A stretch of DNA of 64,000 nucleotides from Patescibacteria group bacterium (GTDB lineage Bacteria; Patescibacteriota; Saccharimonadia; UBA4664; SCTI01). The DNA lies in assembly GCA_004297735.1 (NCBI GenBank), contig SCTI01000001.1:190435-254434 (forward strand), written 5' to 3'. Every line of letters starts with the position of its first letter. Position 1 is the first letter of the stretch. Under the pieces are notes generated by a model. The model was not told the origin of the DNA, searched no databases, and worked only from the letters and a program-made list of their open reading frames with translations. Positions 9,853-18,906 of the stretch are shown piece after piece. Both the position numbers and the translations under genes were made by a program.

Positions 9853-9921
9853 AATTTTGCACACACGTTATTTGAGTTTAAAGAGCGTATACTATAAGCA
9901 TCGCCAAATAAAGGACTTATT

Positions 9922-10827
9922 ATGCAAAAAATTGTTCCACATCTGTGGTTTGACACGCAGGCCAAAGAAGCGGCTGAGTTTTATGTAAAGGTGTTTCCTG
10001 ACTCAAAGATTATTAGCAGTAGTGTAATCAAAAATACTCCTAGCGGGGACTGCGATATCATGTCGTACTCACTAGGGGGCTATAGGTTTATGGCGATTAG
10101 TGCCGGGCCTGCCTTTAAAATTAATTCGTCGATTTCATTTATGGTTAACTTTGACCCCAGTCGCGACGATAAGGCCAGGGAGCATTTAGACGAGTTATGG
10201 GAGGCCTTGAGCCAAGGTGGCGAGGTAATGATGCCGCTGGACAAATACCCATACAGCGAACGTTATGGCTGGGTGCAAGATCGTTTTGGTGTGAGCTGGC
10301 AGCTGATTTTAACCGATCCGGAAGGCGAGCCGAGACCGTTTATTGTGCCAACTCTGCTGTTTAATGGCGAAGCTACCAATAAAGCGGCCGAAGCAATTAA
10401 GTTTTACTTATCGGTATTTAAGGATTCAAAAATGGGAACCGAAGCTCCCTACCCAGAGGATAACGGCCCAGCCAAGAAAGGCTCCCTTATGTTTGCCGAC
10501 TTTATGCTAGAAAATCAGTGGTTTGCAGCGATGGATGCCGGCGTTGAGATGTCATCACCTTTTAACGAGGCGGTGTCGTTGCTGGTTAATGCCGAGGATC
10601 AGGCGGAGATTGATTATTACTGGGACAAGCTTAGTGCCGTGCCGCAAGCCGAGCAGTGCGGCTGGCTGAAGGATCAGTTTGGCGTATCTTGGCAGGTGGT
10701 ACCAACCGCCATGAGCAAGATGATGTCAGAGGCTACGCCAGAACAAGCTCAGCGCGTAACTCAAGCCTTTTTGAAGATGAAGAAGTTCGATATTGCGAAG
10801 TTGGAGTCGGCTTACGAGGGGAAGTAG
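9922..10827 (+). CDS. VOC-superfamily protein, PhnB-like, two tandem domains
   Basis: 301 aa. N-terminus MQKIVPHLWFDTQAKEAAEFYVKVF is typical of the PhnB/3-demethylubiquinone-9 3-methyltransferase-like glyoxalase-fold family. A second copy begins near IVPTLLFNGEA. Confidence 0.65.
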   Translation: MQKIVPHLWFDTQAKEAAEFYVKVFPDSKIISSSVIKNTPSGDCDIMSYSLGGYRFMAISAGPAFKINSSISFMVNFDPSRDDKAREHLDELWEALSQGGEVMMPLDKYPYSERYGWVQDRFGVSWQLILTDPEGEPRPFIVPTLLFNGEATNKAAEAIKFYLSVFKDSKMGTEAPYPEDNGPAKKGSLMFADFMLENQWFAAMDAGVEMSSPFNEAVSLLVNAEDQAEIDYYWDKLSAVPQAEQCGWLKDQFGVSWQVVPTAMSKMMSEATPEQAQRVTQAFLKMKKFDIAKLESAYEGK

Positions 10828-10830
10828 CTT

Positions 10831-11190
10831 CTATTGCGTTCTTAAAATCTTATCCATCGCCTTGCCGCGGGCTAGCTCATCGATTAGCTTATCCAGATAG
10901 CGAATTTCTTGTGTTGTTGAATCTTTAATGTCTTCCACCCGTATGCCGCAAATTACTCCCGTAATTAACTTTCGGGCCGGGTTTAACTTGGGGGCGGAGT
11001 TAAAGAAAGCTTCAAAGTCGACCTGCTGTTCAAGCTGAACTTTTAGCTCAGCTTGGCTGTATCCGGTTAACCAGACAATAATCTCATCGACTTCAGCTTT
11101 AGTGCGACCTTTTTTCTCAACCTTGGCAAGATAGAGCGGGTAAACCTTGGCTACGCTCATGGTGTAAATGCGTGGCTTTTTGTCTTCCAT
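10831..11190 (-). CDS. DUF2200 family protein
   Basis: 119 aa, with [31 protein letters not shown] matching the conserved DUF2200 N-terminus (from memory). Confidence 0.55.
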   Translation of the reverse strand: MEDKKPRIYTMSVAKVYPLYLAKVEKKGRTKAEVDEIIVWLTGYSQAELKVQLEQQVDFEAFFNSAPKLNPARKLITGVICGIRVEDIKDSTTQEIRYLDKLIDELARGKAMDKILRTQ

Positions 11191-11232
11191 TTAGGCACCT
11201 TTCTGTATGTGGTTATATTATCATCACTGAGT

Positions 11233-11255
11233 GCCGGTCCGGACAACGTAATTAT
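11233..11255 (+). repeat. 23-nt repeated element (copy 3, diverged)
   Basis: GCCGGTCCGGACAACGTAATTAT, in the divergent intergenic region between the DUF2200 and tail-fibre-like genes. Confidence 0.55.
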
Positions 11256-11311
11256 AGGTTGAACTATATAACGCTCATGCTTTACTATTAAAGCAATAAT
11301 GAGGTCATCGA

Positions 11312-12049
11312 ATGCCAAGGCTGCCGCAACCCGGTCAGGATAATGGAACATGGGGAGAGCTTTTAAACGAATATTTAAGTGTTGAGCTGGATTCAGCCGG
11401 CAATCTTAAGCTTCGTACCGATGGCACGCTTGACTCTAAAGCCAACGACAGCGAGGTGGTCCACCTGTCAGGCTCAGAGACCATTGCTGGGCTAAAGATA
11501 TTTTCAACCGTGCCGACCATTCCGGCTCCTTCAACCGGAACCGATGCCGCCAACAAAACCTACGTCGATAATACTGTTGCTTCAGGTACGCCGGATGCGA
11601 CCGGAAGTGTAAAGGGCAAGATTCAGCTAGCTGGCGACCTAACCGGTACAGCTGCTAGCCCAACCATTGCCAACGGTGCCGTTACCGCAGCTAAGGTTGC
11701 GGCCGATGTGGCCACGCAAGCCGAGCTGGACTCGGTTGCTCAAACTTTAACCGCCAACACCCAAACCACTAGTTATGTTTTGGTGGCAGGAGATGCCGGT
11801 AAGGTGATCGAGATGAACTCATCTTCGGCTACCACTGTAACGATCCCACTAAATTCTAGTGTGGCCTTTGCTACGGGTACCGTAATCGAGGTACTGCGTT
11901 TTGGCACTGGCACCGTTACGATTACCCCAACCGGCGGAGTTACCATTCGCTCACGGGCTAGCTTAACCGCAATTGCTAACCAGTACGGCTCGGTATCATT
12001 ACGTAAACGCGCTACCGATGAGTGGGTACTGGTTGGGGATCTTACCTAA
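11312..12049 (+). CDS. Tail-fibre-like/adhesin-like protein, N-terminal part
   Basis: 245 aa rich in Thr/Gly/Ala beta-strand repeats (TGTVTITPTGGVTI). Ends at TAA 12047-12049. The next ORF continues in the same frame. Confidence 0.5.
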   Translation: MPRLPQPGQDNGTWGELLNEYLSVELDSAGNLKLRTDGTLDSKANDSEVVHLSGSETIAGLKIFSTVPTIPAPSTGTDAANKTYVDNTVASGTPDATGSVKGKIQLAGDLTGTAASPTIANGAVTAAKVAADVATQAELDSVAQTLTANTQTTSYVLVAGDAGKVIEMNSSSATTVTIPLNSSVAFATGTVIEVLRFGTGTVTITPTGGVTIRSRASLTAIANQYGSVSLRKRATDEWVLVGDLT

Positions 12050-13297
12050 GTGGCGACCATAACGGCGAGCCGTTCGGCGACATCGCAGTACCAGTCTTGG
12101 TTCACCCCAAATGCTGGAGGGCGCTGGGGCGGTTGGCAGATAGCTTCTAACTTAGCCATGGGTCAAAATACCGCCGTGGGTGGATTGTCGTCACCATCAG
12201 CTCAATATGCTGGTTCGACTGGGGCCAGCCGCACCACGCGGAGGCGCTGTCGAGCAGCTTTTTCGTTTAGTCAGCTAAAGCTCGAGTTCACCAACAGCCC
12301 TTGCGACGTTGAGCCAACGACAGCGAGCGAACACGGCGACATCACCATAGCGGCTAGCGTCGAAACTGCTGGCGGCGCACTAACCCAAGTTACCTTTGAC
12401 GGTGGGTCGACCACCAAGGTTTTAACCAAAAATACCACCGTTTTAAGCGATGCGGCGTCTTTTACAGCGGCCGAAGGCGATATTTTTTGGGTGAGAACCT
12501 ACGTTAGCGCCGGAACCGGTCTGCGTTACCCGCTAAACATGTTAACCGATCAAACCAACGGAGAGGGGACGGTCAACAGTGTTAATCAGACCATGTCCGG
12601 AACGATTTCTAGCTCAAACGCCAAGAGCTTTACCGCTACAGCCGTGGTTGCGCCTCGGCCAGCCCCAGTAACCAACTTATTAATTGTGGGCGACAGTATT
12701 ACGGCTGGACGAACCGAAGCTACCGATCAAACTTTATCGGATCATCAACGAGGTTGGGCAGCCCGAGCCTTTGGTGGTATTTATCCATTTTATCGTCTAG
12801 CGATGGGTGGAGATCGAGCCAATTTAATTCCGACCAACTGGCCATCCCGCCAGACACTACCGGCAACGGGCGGGTTTAGCCATGCCATTGTTTTACTGGG
12901 GGTTAACGACATTCAAGATGCCGCTCAGACCGGAGCCAATGTGATATCTTCGCTTGATACTATTTACCAATGGCTACAGGATGCTGGCATCCCGCGTATT
13001 TATGCTGTGACCATACCGCCATTTAGCGTTACCGGCACTTACACTAGCGCTGGAGGGCAAACGGTTAACTCTACCTTTGATGGCTACCGCCAAACCGTTA
13101 ACACCTCGATTCGGGCGTTATCTAACAGTCGACTGTATGGCTATATCGATGCCGCGGCGGCGGTTGAGGATGGCAGCAACGCAGGTAAGTGGCGTTCGGA
13201 CGGCGGAGTAGCGTATTCCGATGATGGGACCCACCCCAATACGCTGGGTCATCAAACTATAGCAAACGCTATTACCACCAAAACCTTCGCGGTTTAA
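12050..13297 (+). CDS. SGNH/GDSL hydrolase-domain protein, in frame with the upstream ORF
   Basis: 415 aa. GDS block LLIVGDSITAG and C-terminal DGTHPNTLGH (SGNH catalytic Asp/His block). GTG start directly after the upstream TAA, same frame. Confidence 0.55.
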   Translation: MATITASRSATSQYQSWFTPNAGGRWGGWQIASNLAMGQNTAVGGLSSPSAQYAGSTGASRTTRRRCRAAFSFSQLKLEFTNSPCDVEPTTASEHGDITIAASVETAGGALTQVTFDGGSTTKVLTKNTTVLSDAASFTAAEGDIFWVRTYVSAGTGLRYPLNMLTDQTNGEGTVNSVNQTMSGTISSSNAKSFTATAVVAPRPAPVTNLLIVGDSITAGRTEATDQTLSDHQRGWAARAFGGIYPFYRLAMGGDRANLIPTNWPSRQTLPATGGFSHAIVLLGVNDIQDAAQTGANVISSLDTIYQWLQDAGIPRIYAVTIPPFSVTGTYTSAGGQTVNSTFDGYRQTVNTSIRALSNSRLYGYIDAAAAVEDGSNAGKWRSDGGVAYSDDGTHPNTLGHQTIANAITTKTFAV

Positions 13298-13346
13298 TAG
13301 TTTTATATTTTAGATTGGCGCTGTATAGTATGGCTATATAGTACTT

Positions 13347-14204
13347 ATGGTTAAATGCGGTGAGGTTTTGGGCAAAGTAGGAGCTGTTTTTGGTTTTGGC
13401 GTAGTCATGGTCGTTGGTTCGGCGGTTTTGATTTATGGGCCAGGTGGCATACTGTCGCAAAAAACTGTTGTTAAAACCGGTCCCGTTCCGGTCACAGTCA
13501 ATCAGCAGAGCGACCCTACAGACTCAACCACGGAAAGCCCGAACCCAAGCACCGAACCCAGCCCGGACCAGGCCTATGAATGGGTCAACTCACAGGTAAA
13601 TCCCTACTCAACCTATTACGCTAGTTACCGCCGAAGCAGCAATGCTACTACTGCCACCGTCGTGACGACCACCTCGACGTCAGTAACCAACACCGATACA
13701 GAATCCGAGCCAACTCCGCCGCCGGCACCGGTCTATTACGATGTTACCCGCACCGGTGCCTACAAGTACACTCCGGCCGAGGTTGAGGCTGGTGTGACAG
13801 CGACGAACCCGTCTTACTTTACCCGTACCGGCAACAATTTTTACACCACCTTAAAGAGCGGCACTTACGGTGGTGGGTTTCCGGCGGCGCCAGGAGACTA
13901 CTTCTACTTAAATGAGCTGTACTACCAAATTAATATTAATAGTTCGTTAACCTATTTAAATATTGGAACTCATCTTAAATACAAGGATCAAGACATTAAC
14001 TTTTATGTTGATGGTAGTTTAGCCATTAAACTGGTGCTGGTTGAAGATTTAAGCAATCCAGGTGTTGATTTTTATGTAACCAAACAGTACAACTTGCCTC
14101 CTGAGTATTTATGGAACACCGGAACTTACGGCCAGGTTCAAGGCGGCCCGTACATTTTTGATCCGGTTGATATTGCACTACCGGTTAGCTGTTCTGGTTG
14201 CTAA
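13347..14204 (+). CDS. Hypothetical membrane-anchored Ser/Thr-rich protein
   Basis: 285 aa. N-terminal TM helix (VGAVFGFGVVMVVGSAVLIY), low-complexity T/S/P-rich linker, C-terminal CSGC. Confidence 0.4.
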   Translation: MVKCGEVLGKVGAVFGFGVVMVVGSAVLIYGPGGILSQKTVVKTGPVPVTVNQQSDPTDSTTESPNPSTEPSPDQAYEWVNSQVNPYSTYYASYRRSSNATTATVVTTTSTSVTNTDTESEPTPPPAPVYYDVTRTGAYKYTPAEVEAGVTATNPSYFTRTGNNFYTTLKSGTYGGGFPAAPGDYFYLNELYYQININSSLTYLNIGTHLKYKDQDINFYVDGSLAIKLVLVEDLSNPGVDFYVTKQYNLPPEYLWNTGTYGQVQGGPYIFDPVDIALPVSCSGC

Positions 14205-14224
14205 CACGATGTCATTAATAAAGG

Positions 14225-15835
14225 GTGTACAATAGCAGTATGAAGAAGTGGTCGGTCATCGCCATATTAGCAGTTGCCCAGTTTGTAATGATACTGGACG
14301 GCACGGTGATGAATGTTTCGATCTCGACGGTCGCCAAGGATCTTGGCACCAGCATTACCGGGATGCAAACCGCTATTACCCTGTTTGCACTGACCATGGC
14401 CGCGTTTATGCTAACCGGCGGTAAGCTCGGGGAGATTTGGGGTCACAAGCGAGCCTTCACCATTGGCTCAATGATCTACGGCAGCGGCTCGCTAATTACC
14501 GCGGCAGCTCCATCATTGGGCGTCTTGCTGTTTGGCTGGTCACTGGTTGAAGGTCTTGGCGCGGTTTTGGTAATACCGGCAATTGCTTCGCTGGCGGCCG
14601 CCAACTACTCAGGTAAAGACCGAGTGGCAGCGTTTTCGCTGATTGGGGCGGCTACCGGCTTAGCGGCGGCGGTTGGCCCGATTATTGGCGGCTTTGTAAC
14701 AACTTATCTGTCATGGCGTTACGTTTTTGCCGCCGAAACGCTGATAATGATAGTGGTACTTTTGGTGAGTGGTCGAATTGCCGACGCCAAGGTGAGCAAG
14801 GGAGTAAAACTAGACATACCAAGCGTAGTGCTATCGGCAACCGGCATGATCCTGGTGGTGTTTGGAGCTTTGCAGAGCCGGTCCTGGGGCTGGATCCAAC
14901 CGCTAGGCGCGCCAGAAGTCAATGGTCAGGCCATCACCCCTCTGGGTATATCGGTAGTAGCTTATTTGATATTGCTGGGCGTTCTGGTGCTCAAGCTGTT
15001 TTACGATCGACAGGTTCGGCTTGAAAGCGAAAACAAGCAACCTCTACTTAAAGTCTCAATGCTCAAGATTGGCGTACTGCGTAGCGGTTTAACCGTCTTG
15101 ACCGTTCAGTACTTTACCGTTGCCTCAGTCTTCTTTATTGTTCCGGTTTATTTGCAGACCATTCTAGGCTATGACGCGCTGCAAACCGGCCTCAAACTAA
15201 TACCACTATCAATTGGCTTACTGATATTTACGCTGGTGGGTTCGCGCCGCAGCACGGTAATGCCACCACGTCGAATTGTGCGAGCCGGACAGCTAGCGAT
15301 GGCTTTTGGGGCGCTTTTAATCCTTGGCTCAATTAACACCGAGTTAAAGGGAACCATGTTCTGGCTCGGTATGTTTGGCTTGGGGGCCGGCTTTGGGCTG
15401 CTGGCCTCGCAGCTAGGCAATGTGACCATGTCGGCGGTCGACAAATCGGATACCGGCCAGGTCGGTGGCTTGCAGGGGACCTTCCAGAACCTAGGCCAGT
15501 CGTTTGGTACTGCGGTTGCCGGTTCGATCTTTATTCTCACTCTAACCTCGGGCTTCACCGCGGCGGTGCAGAACAGCCAAAGCTTAACCGAGCAAGCCAA
15601 GACCACCATTACCCAGCAAGCACAGAGTGGTGTCGGCATTGTATCGCAGCAGCAAGCCGAGCAGTACGTGCTAGACCAGGGCGGCACGCAAGCAACCGCT
15701 CAAGAGATATCCGACCTTTATGTTAGTTCTCAGCTTGAGTCACTCCGGACTACTCTAGCAATTATCTTTTTTGGCTTAATTTTGTCGCTAATCTTGTCGG
15801 CTAAATTGCCATCAAAGATGCCTAAAATAGTTTAA
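14225..15835 (+). CDS. MFS transporter, DHA2 (EmrB/QacA, 14-TM) family
   Basis: 536 aa. N-terminus AQFVMILDGTVMNVSISTVAKDLG and motif LTGGKLGEIWGHKRAF are typical of DHA2 drug:H+ antiporters. Confidence 0.8.
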   Translation: MYNSSMKKWSVIAILAVAQFVMILDGTVMNVSISTVAKDLGTSITGMQTAITLFALTMAAFMLTGGKLGEIWGHKRAFTIGSMIYGSGSLITAAAPSLGVLLFGWSLVEGLGAVLVIPAIASLAAANYSGKDRVAAFSLIGAATGLAAAVGPIIGGFVTTYLSWRYVFAAETLIMIVVLLVSGRIADAKVSKGVKLDIPSVVLSATGMILVVFGALQSRSWGWIQPLGAPEVNGQAITPLGISVVAYLILLGVLVLKLFYDRQVRLESENKQPLLKVSMLKIGVLRSGLTVLTVQYFTVASVFFIVPVYLQTILGYDALQTGLKLIPLSIGLLIFTLVGSRRSTVMPPRRIVRAGQLAMAFGALLILGSINTELKGTMFWLGMFGLGAGFGLLASQLGNVTMSAVDKSDTGQVGGLQGTFQNLGQSFGTAVAGSIFILTLTSGFTAAVQNSQSLTEQAKTTITQQAQSGVGIVSQQQAEQYVLDQGGTQATAQEISDLYVSSQLESLRTTLAIIFFGLILSLILSAKLPSKMPKIV

Positions 15836-15890
15836 AGATAGGGGATATCCGGCTTTCCAGCTATAATAACTATATAAGCGGAGGCGCAGC

Positions 15891-16304
15891 ATGAAGGGAC
15901 CAATCGACTATATTATTGTTGGTTTTGAGGGCAACAAATTTGATGGCAGTGTCTTAAAGGCACTTAGCCAGGCCATTGATGACGGCGTGATCGCCTTAAT
16001 TAACCTGCTAGTGATTACCCGCGACGATAAAGACAACGTAACCGTCGTTGATGTGGCTGATTTTGACGGAGAAACGGCCGCCTTCATTAAGCAGTACCAG
16101 CCTCAGCAAACCACCGTTGACCAAGACGACATTGATGAGGTCGCCGACTTGATTGAAAAAAATTGTTCGGCCGGCATGCTGGTTATTGAGCAGCTTTGGG
16201 CAAAACCGCTTAAAAAGGCTCTTTTGGACGCAAACGGCGTGTTACTGGCCGAGGGACGGATTCACCCCGAAGCCGCAATTGAATTAGAGGGTAAAGGAGA
16301 ATAA
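15891..16304 (+). CDS. Hypothetical protein, partner of the SHOCT protein
   Basis: 137 aa, acidic. Separated by 2 nt from the downstream SHOCT-domain ORF. Confidence 0.45.
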   Translation: MKGPIDYIIVGFEGNKFDGSVLKALSQAIDDGVIALINLLVITRDDKDNVTVVDVADFDGETAAFIKQYQPQQTTVDQDDIDEVADLIEKNCSAGMLVIEQLWAKPLKKALLDANGVLLAEGRIHPEAAIELEGKGE

Positions 16305-16306
16305 CT

Positions 16307-16558
16307 ATGCCAGGATTACTACGAGGAGTTGCCCGTACCGCGGTCATTTCGGGCACCGCCACAGCTGTATCTAACCGCGTAAGTCGGAGGCAAGCCCAAA
16401 AGTGGAGCGGCGAGCAGAGTCAGCAGCCAACCCAGGCGGTTGAGCCGGCTCAAGATGACTTAACCGCTCAGCTAGAGCAGCTAGCAGCGTTAAAAGATAA
16501 AGGCATTTTGACCCAAGAAGAGTTTGACGCTAAAAAGAAGCAAATCTTAGGACTGTAG
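16307..16558 (+). CDS. SHOCT-domain protein
   Basis: 83 aa. C-terminal LAALKDKGILTQEEFDAKKKQILG matches the SHOCT consensus. Confidence 0.6.
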   Translation: MPGLLRGVARTAVISGTATAVSNRVSRRQAQKWSGEQSQQPTQAVEPAQDDLTAQLEQLAALKDKGILTQEEFDAKKKQILGL

Positions 16559-16598
16559 CAAGCAAGCTAGCGTATAATGCTTATGCTACAATCGAAAT

Positions 16599-17360
16599 AT
16601 GAGTAACCAAAAAATAGCCTCCCTGATAAAACTAAATTGGACTGCAGCAGCACTGCATTTAGCGCAGGGCATAGCGATTGTGGCTTTAAGCCGCGACTTT
16701 ACTTTGCCAATCTCGGTTAGCTTTTTACAGTTTAACCCCGCCACGCAAAACCTTGAGCCAACCTCGACTCCATTGTTCGACTTATCGCTACCGTGGCTGG
16801 TGGCATTATTCTTGTTCCTGTCTTTCCTGGCACACTTAACCATTGTTACCGTTTATCGTCATCGATACGTGGCTGATTTGCAAAAGGGCATCAACAAAGC
16901 TCGCTGGATAGAGTACAGTCTGTCGGCTTCGGTAATGATTGTAGCTATCGGATTACTCGTCGGTATCTATGATATAGCCAGCTTAATCGCCCTGTTTGGG
17001 TTGATAGCAATCATGAATCTATGCGGCCTGATTATGGAAGTCCACAATCAGACAACCAAGAACACTAACTGGCTAAGCTACTGGGTAGGCTGCCTGGCGG
17101 GGATAATTCCCTGGGTGATGATTGCGATTTACCTCTGGGCCGGAGCCGACAACGGCAGCCAGGCGCCAACCTTTGTTTACTGGATATTTGTTTCCATTTT
17201 TGTATTCTTTAACTGTTTTGCAATTAATATGTTTCTGCAGTACAAAAAGATTGGGCCATGGGCTAACTATCTTTACGGCGAAAAAGTATACGTCATTTTA
17301 AGTCTTGTCGCCAAATCAGCTTTAGCTTGGCAGGTATTTGCCGGAACATTGCGACCCTAG
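16599..17360 (+). CDS. Heliorhodopsin
   Basis: 253 aa, 7 TM. Blocks highly similar to characterised heliorhodopsin 48C12 (from memory): RWIEYSLSASVMIV (counterion Glu in RW-EYS), GCLAGIIPW, YVILSLVAKSALAWQVFAGTL with the Schiff-base Lys in LVAKSALAWQ. Conserved His in TM1 (AALHLAQ) and TM2 (FLAHLTIV). Confidence 0.85.
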   Translation: MSNQKIASLIKLNWTAAALHLAQGIAIVALSRDFTLPISVSFLQFNPATQNLEPTSTPLFDLSLPWLVALFLFLSFLAHLTIVTVYRHRYVADLQKGINKARWIEYSLSASVMIVAIGLLVGIYDIASLIALFGLIAIMNLCGLIMEVHNQTTKNTNWLSYWVGCLAGIIPWVMIAIYLWAGADNGSQAPTFVYWIFVSIFVFFNCFAINMFLQYKKIGPWANYLYGEKVYVILSLVAKSALAWQVFAGTLRP

Positions 17361-17367
17361 CCAGCTG

Positions 17368-17670
17368 CTATTCATTAGATTTAGATCTGCGATTGCTAAA
17401 CCGTTGCTGACGACGCTTAACAGTAACCGTAATAAAGGTGGTTACAATCCCTACGCCAACCAGTATATAAAAAGTAGTGAACAGCTTACCGATATCGGTT
17501 TTTGTTACTAAGTCGCCGTAGCCAACCGTGGTCAGCGTTATCACGCTAAAGTAGTAGGCGTTCAACCAGCTAAATCTCTCTATATAGTGATAAAAAACGG
17601 TGCCAATCGCAATTGTGCTAACGGCGCCCAGTAAAATTAAGCGATAGGCATATTTGCTAATGTCATGCAT
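17368..17670 (-). CDS. Minimal two-TM K+ channel (TVGYGD selectivity filter)
   Basis: 100 aa. TM1, pore helix, TTVGYGD, TM2, and a basic C-tail (KRRQQRFSNRRSKSNE). Confidence 0.8.
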   Translation of the reverse strand: MHDISKYAYRLILLGAVSTIAIGTVFYHYIERFSWLNAYYFSVITLTTVGYGDLVTKTDIGKLFTTFYILVGVGIVTTFITVTVKRRQQRFSNRRSKSNE

Positions 17671-17737
17671 GGTTTAATTATGACATACTAGTAGGCAAAT
17701 CAAGTTTAATTTATTAATTAGATAGGGAGAAATTATT

Positions 17738-18172
17738 ATGAGCAATATTAGAACCAATCCATACCTGTTTTTTAAAGGAAACGCCCTTGAGGCAATGAAG
17801 TTTTATCAGAGCGTGTTTGGCGGTGAGCTTGATACCAAAACTTACGCCGATTTTCACGTTCCGGCCGAAGGCGACTTAAAAGATGACAGTATTATGCATG
17901 CCTCATTAAATGGTGGCGATGTGGTGTTGATGGCTAGCGACACCAACCTGGCTAGCCCCAAGGCCGCCAAGATAACGATATCGCTTAACGGTGATGCCGA
18001 CAGTGAGGCGCGATTAACCGAGGTTTTTAAACTGCTTAGCGATGGCGCCGAGGTACAAACCCCACTCAAAAAAGAGATGTGGGGCGATCTTTACGGTAGC
18101 CTAACCGATAAGTACGGCATTGACTGGATGATTAATATTGAGTCCGGAGCAAAAGAGGGCGCGGCTAGCTAA
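17738..18172 (+). CDS. VOC/glyoxalase-fold family protein (PhnB/YjdN-like)
   Basis: 144 aa. N-terminus NPYLFFKGNALEAMKFYQSVFGGEL and C-terminus KYGIDWMIN are typical of the family. Confidence 0.6.
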   Translation: MSNIRTNPYLFFKGNALEAMKFYQSVFGGELDTKTYADFHVPAEGDLKDDSIMHASLNGGDVVLMASDTNLASPKAAKITISLNGDADSEARLTEVFKLLSDGAEVQTPLKKEMWGDLYGSLTDKYGIDWMINIESGAKEGAAS

Positions 18173-18812
18173 CCGGCTTGCCCATCGATTTAATTTTTAG
18201 TTGATCGGCTTTGGGTTGGCGACGGACAATTACGTAATAGCCTAGCAGGGTTAAGGACGGAAGCGCCATCAGCAGCATCTGCGATAGCTGCGGGAGCGCT
18301 ATAAATCGCTGAAGCCAGTCTGGAACCGAAACTCCAGCCAGACGGCTGACGTGCAAAGTGTATTCACTCACCAGTTTTGGTATGGCCATAGTAACTAAAA
18401 TTGCGGCGGCCACTGCCGGTGAGGTGATTAGTGTGCTCTGGCGCGACCATCGGGTGTAGAGGGCGTAGAAAAGATAAAAGTCGAGGAACAGATTAGGAAA
18501 GAAAAACAGCACATACTCTAAGCCTGTACCAATAAAGATGATCACTCCAATTAAACGCCAGCCAATCAGGGCGTAAGCAATTTTCTTGGCGCGTGCATCG
18601 GCCCACTTACGAACGGTCAGTCCCATTATTAGCAAAAAGTAAGTGTCAAGCAGCTTATCGACCACCTGGTAGTTATGGTACCCAATAAAAGAGCTGCCGA
18701 TTATCTGGTAGTCGTAGGCGTCCAATGCCATGCTAGCTGCCACGCCGGTTAAGGGCCAGCGCAGAATCAACAGCGGTGCCAGAAGTCGGAGTATAACTAT
18801 CAGCGCAAGCAT
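18165..18812 (-). CDS. Hypothetical polytopic membrane protein
   Basis: 215 aa with 6 or more hydrophobic helices. No recognised motif. Confidence 0.45.
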   Translation of the reverse strand: MLALIVILRLLAPLLILRWPLTGVAASMALDAYDYQIIGSSFIGYHNYQVVDKLLDTYFLLIMGLTVRKWADARAKKIAYALIGWRLIGVIIFIGTGLEYVLFFFPNLFLDFYLFYALYTRWSRQSTLITSPAVAAAILVTMAIPKLVSEYTLHVSRLAGVSVPDWLQRFIALPQLSQMLLMALPSLTLLGYYVIVRRQPKADQLKIKSMGKPVS

Positions 18813-18871
18813 GTTTTTAATCCTTTATACCTGGGCTTATCATACACCTTTATGTAATATTCCAACGATTA

Positions 18872-18900
18872 TTGACAAATAAGCGTAAAAATTGTAATTT
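18872..18900 (+). promoter_or_regulatory. Near-consensus sigma70-like promoter driving a leaderless transcript for the 18907 ORF
   Basis: TTGACA (18872-18877), 17-nt spacer, TAATTT (18895-18900). The ATG at 18907 is 6-7 nt downstream and has no room for an RBS. Confidence 0.45.
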
Positions 18901-18906
18901 TTATGC

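Noticed and set aside
12047-12049. In-frame stop as evidence of an alternative genetic code (stop-codon reassignment)
   Set aside because: The interrupting codon is TAA, not TGA. Conserved genes in the window terminate cleanly with TGA, TAA and TAG, for example recR and pth with TGA. Standard code 11 is used.
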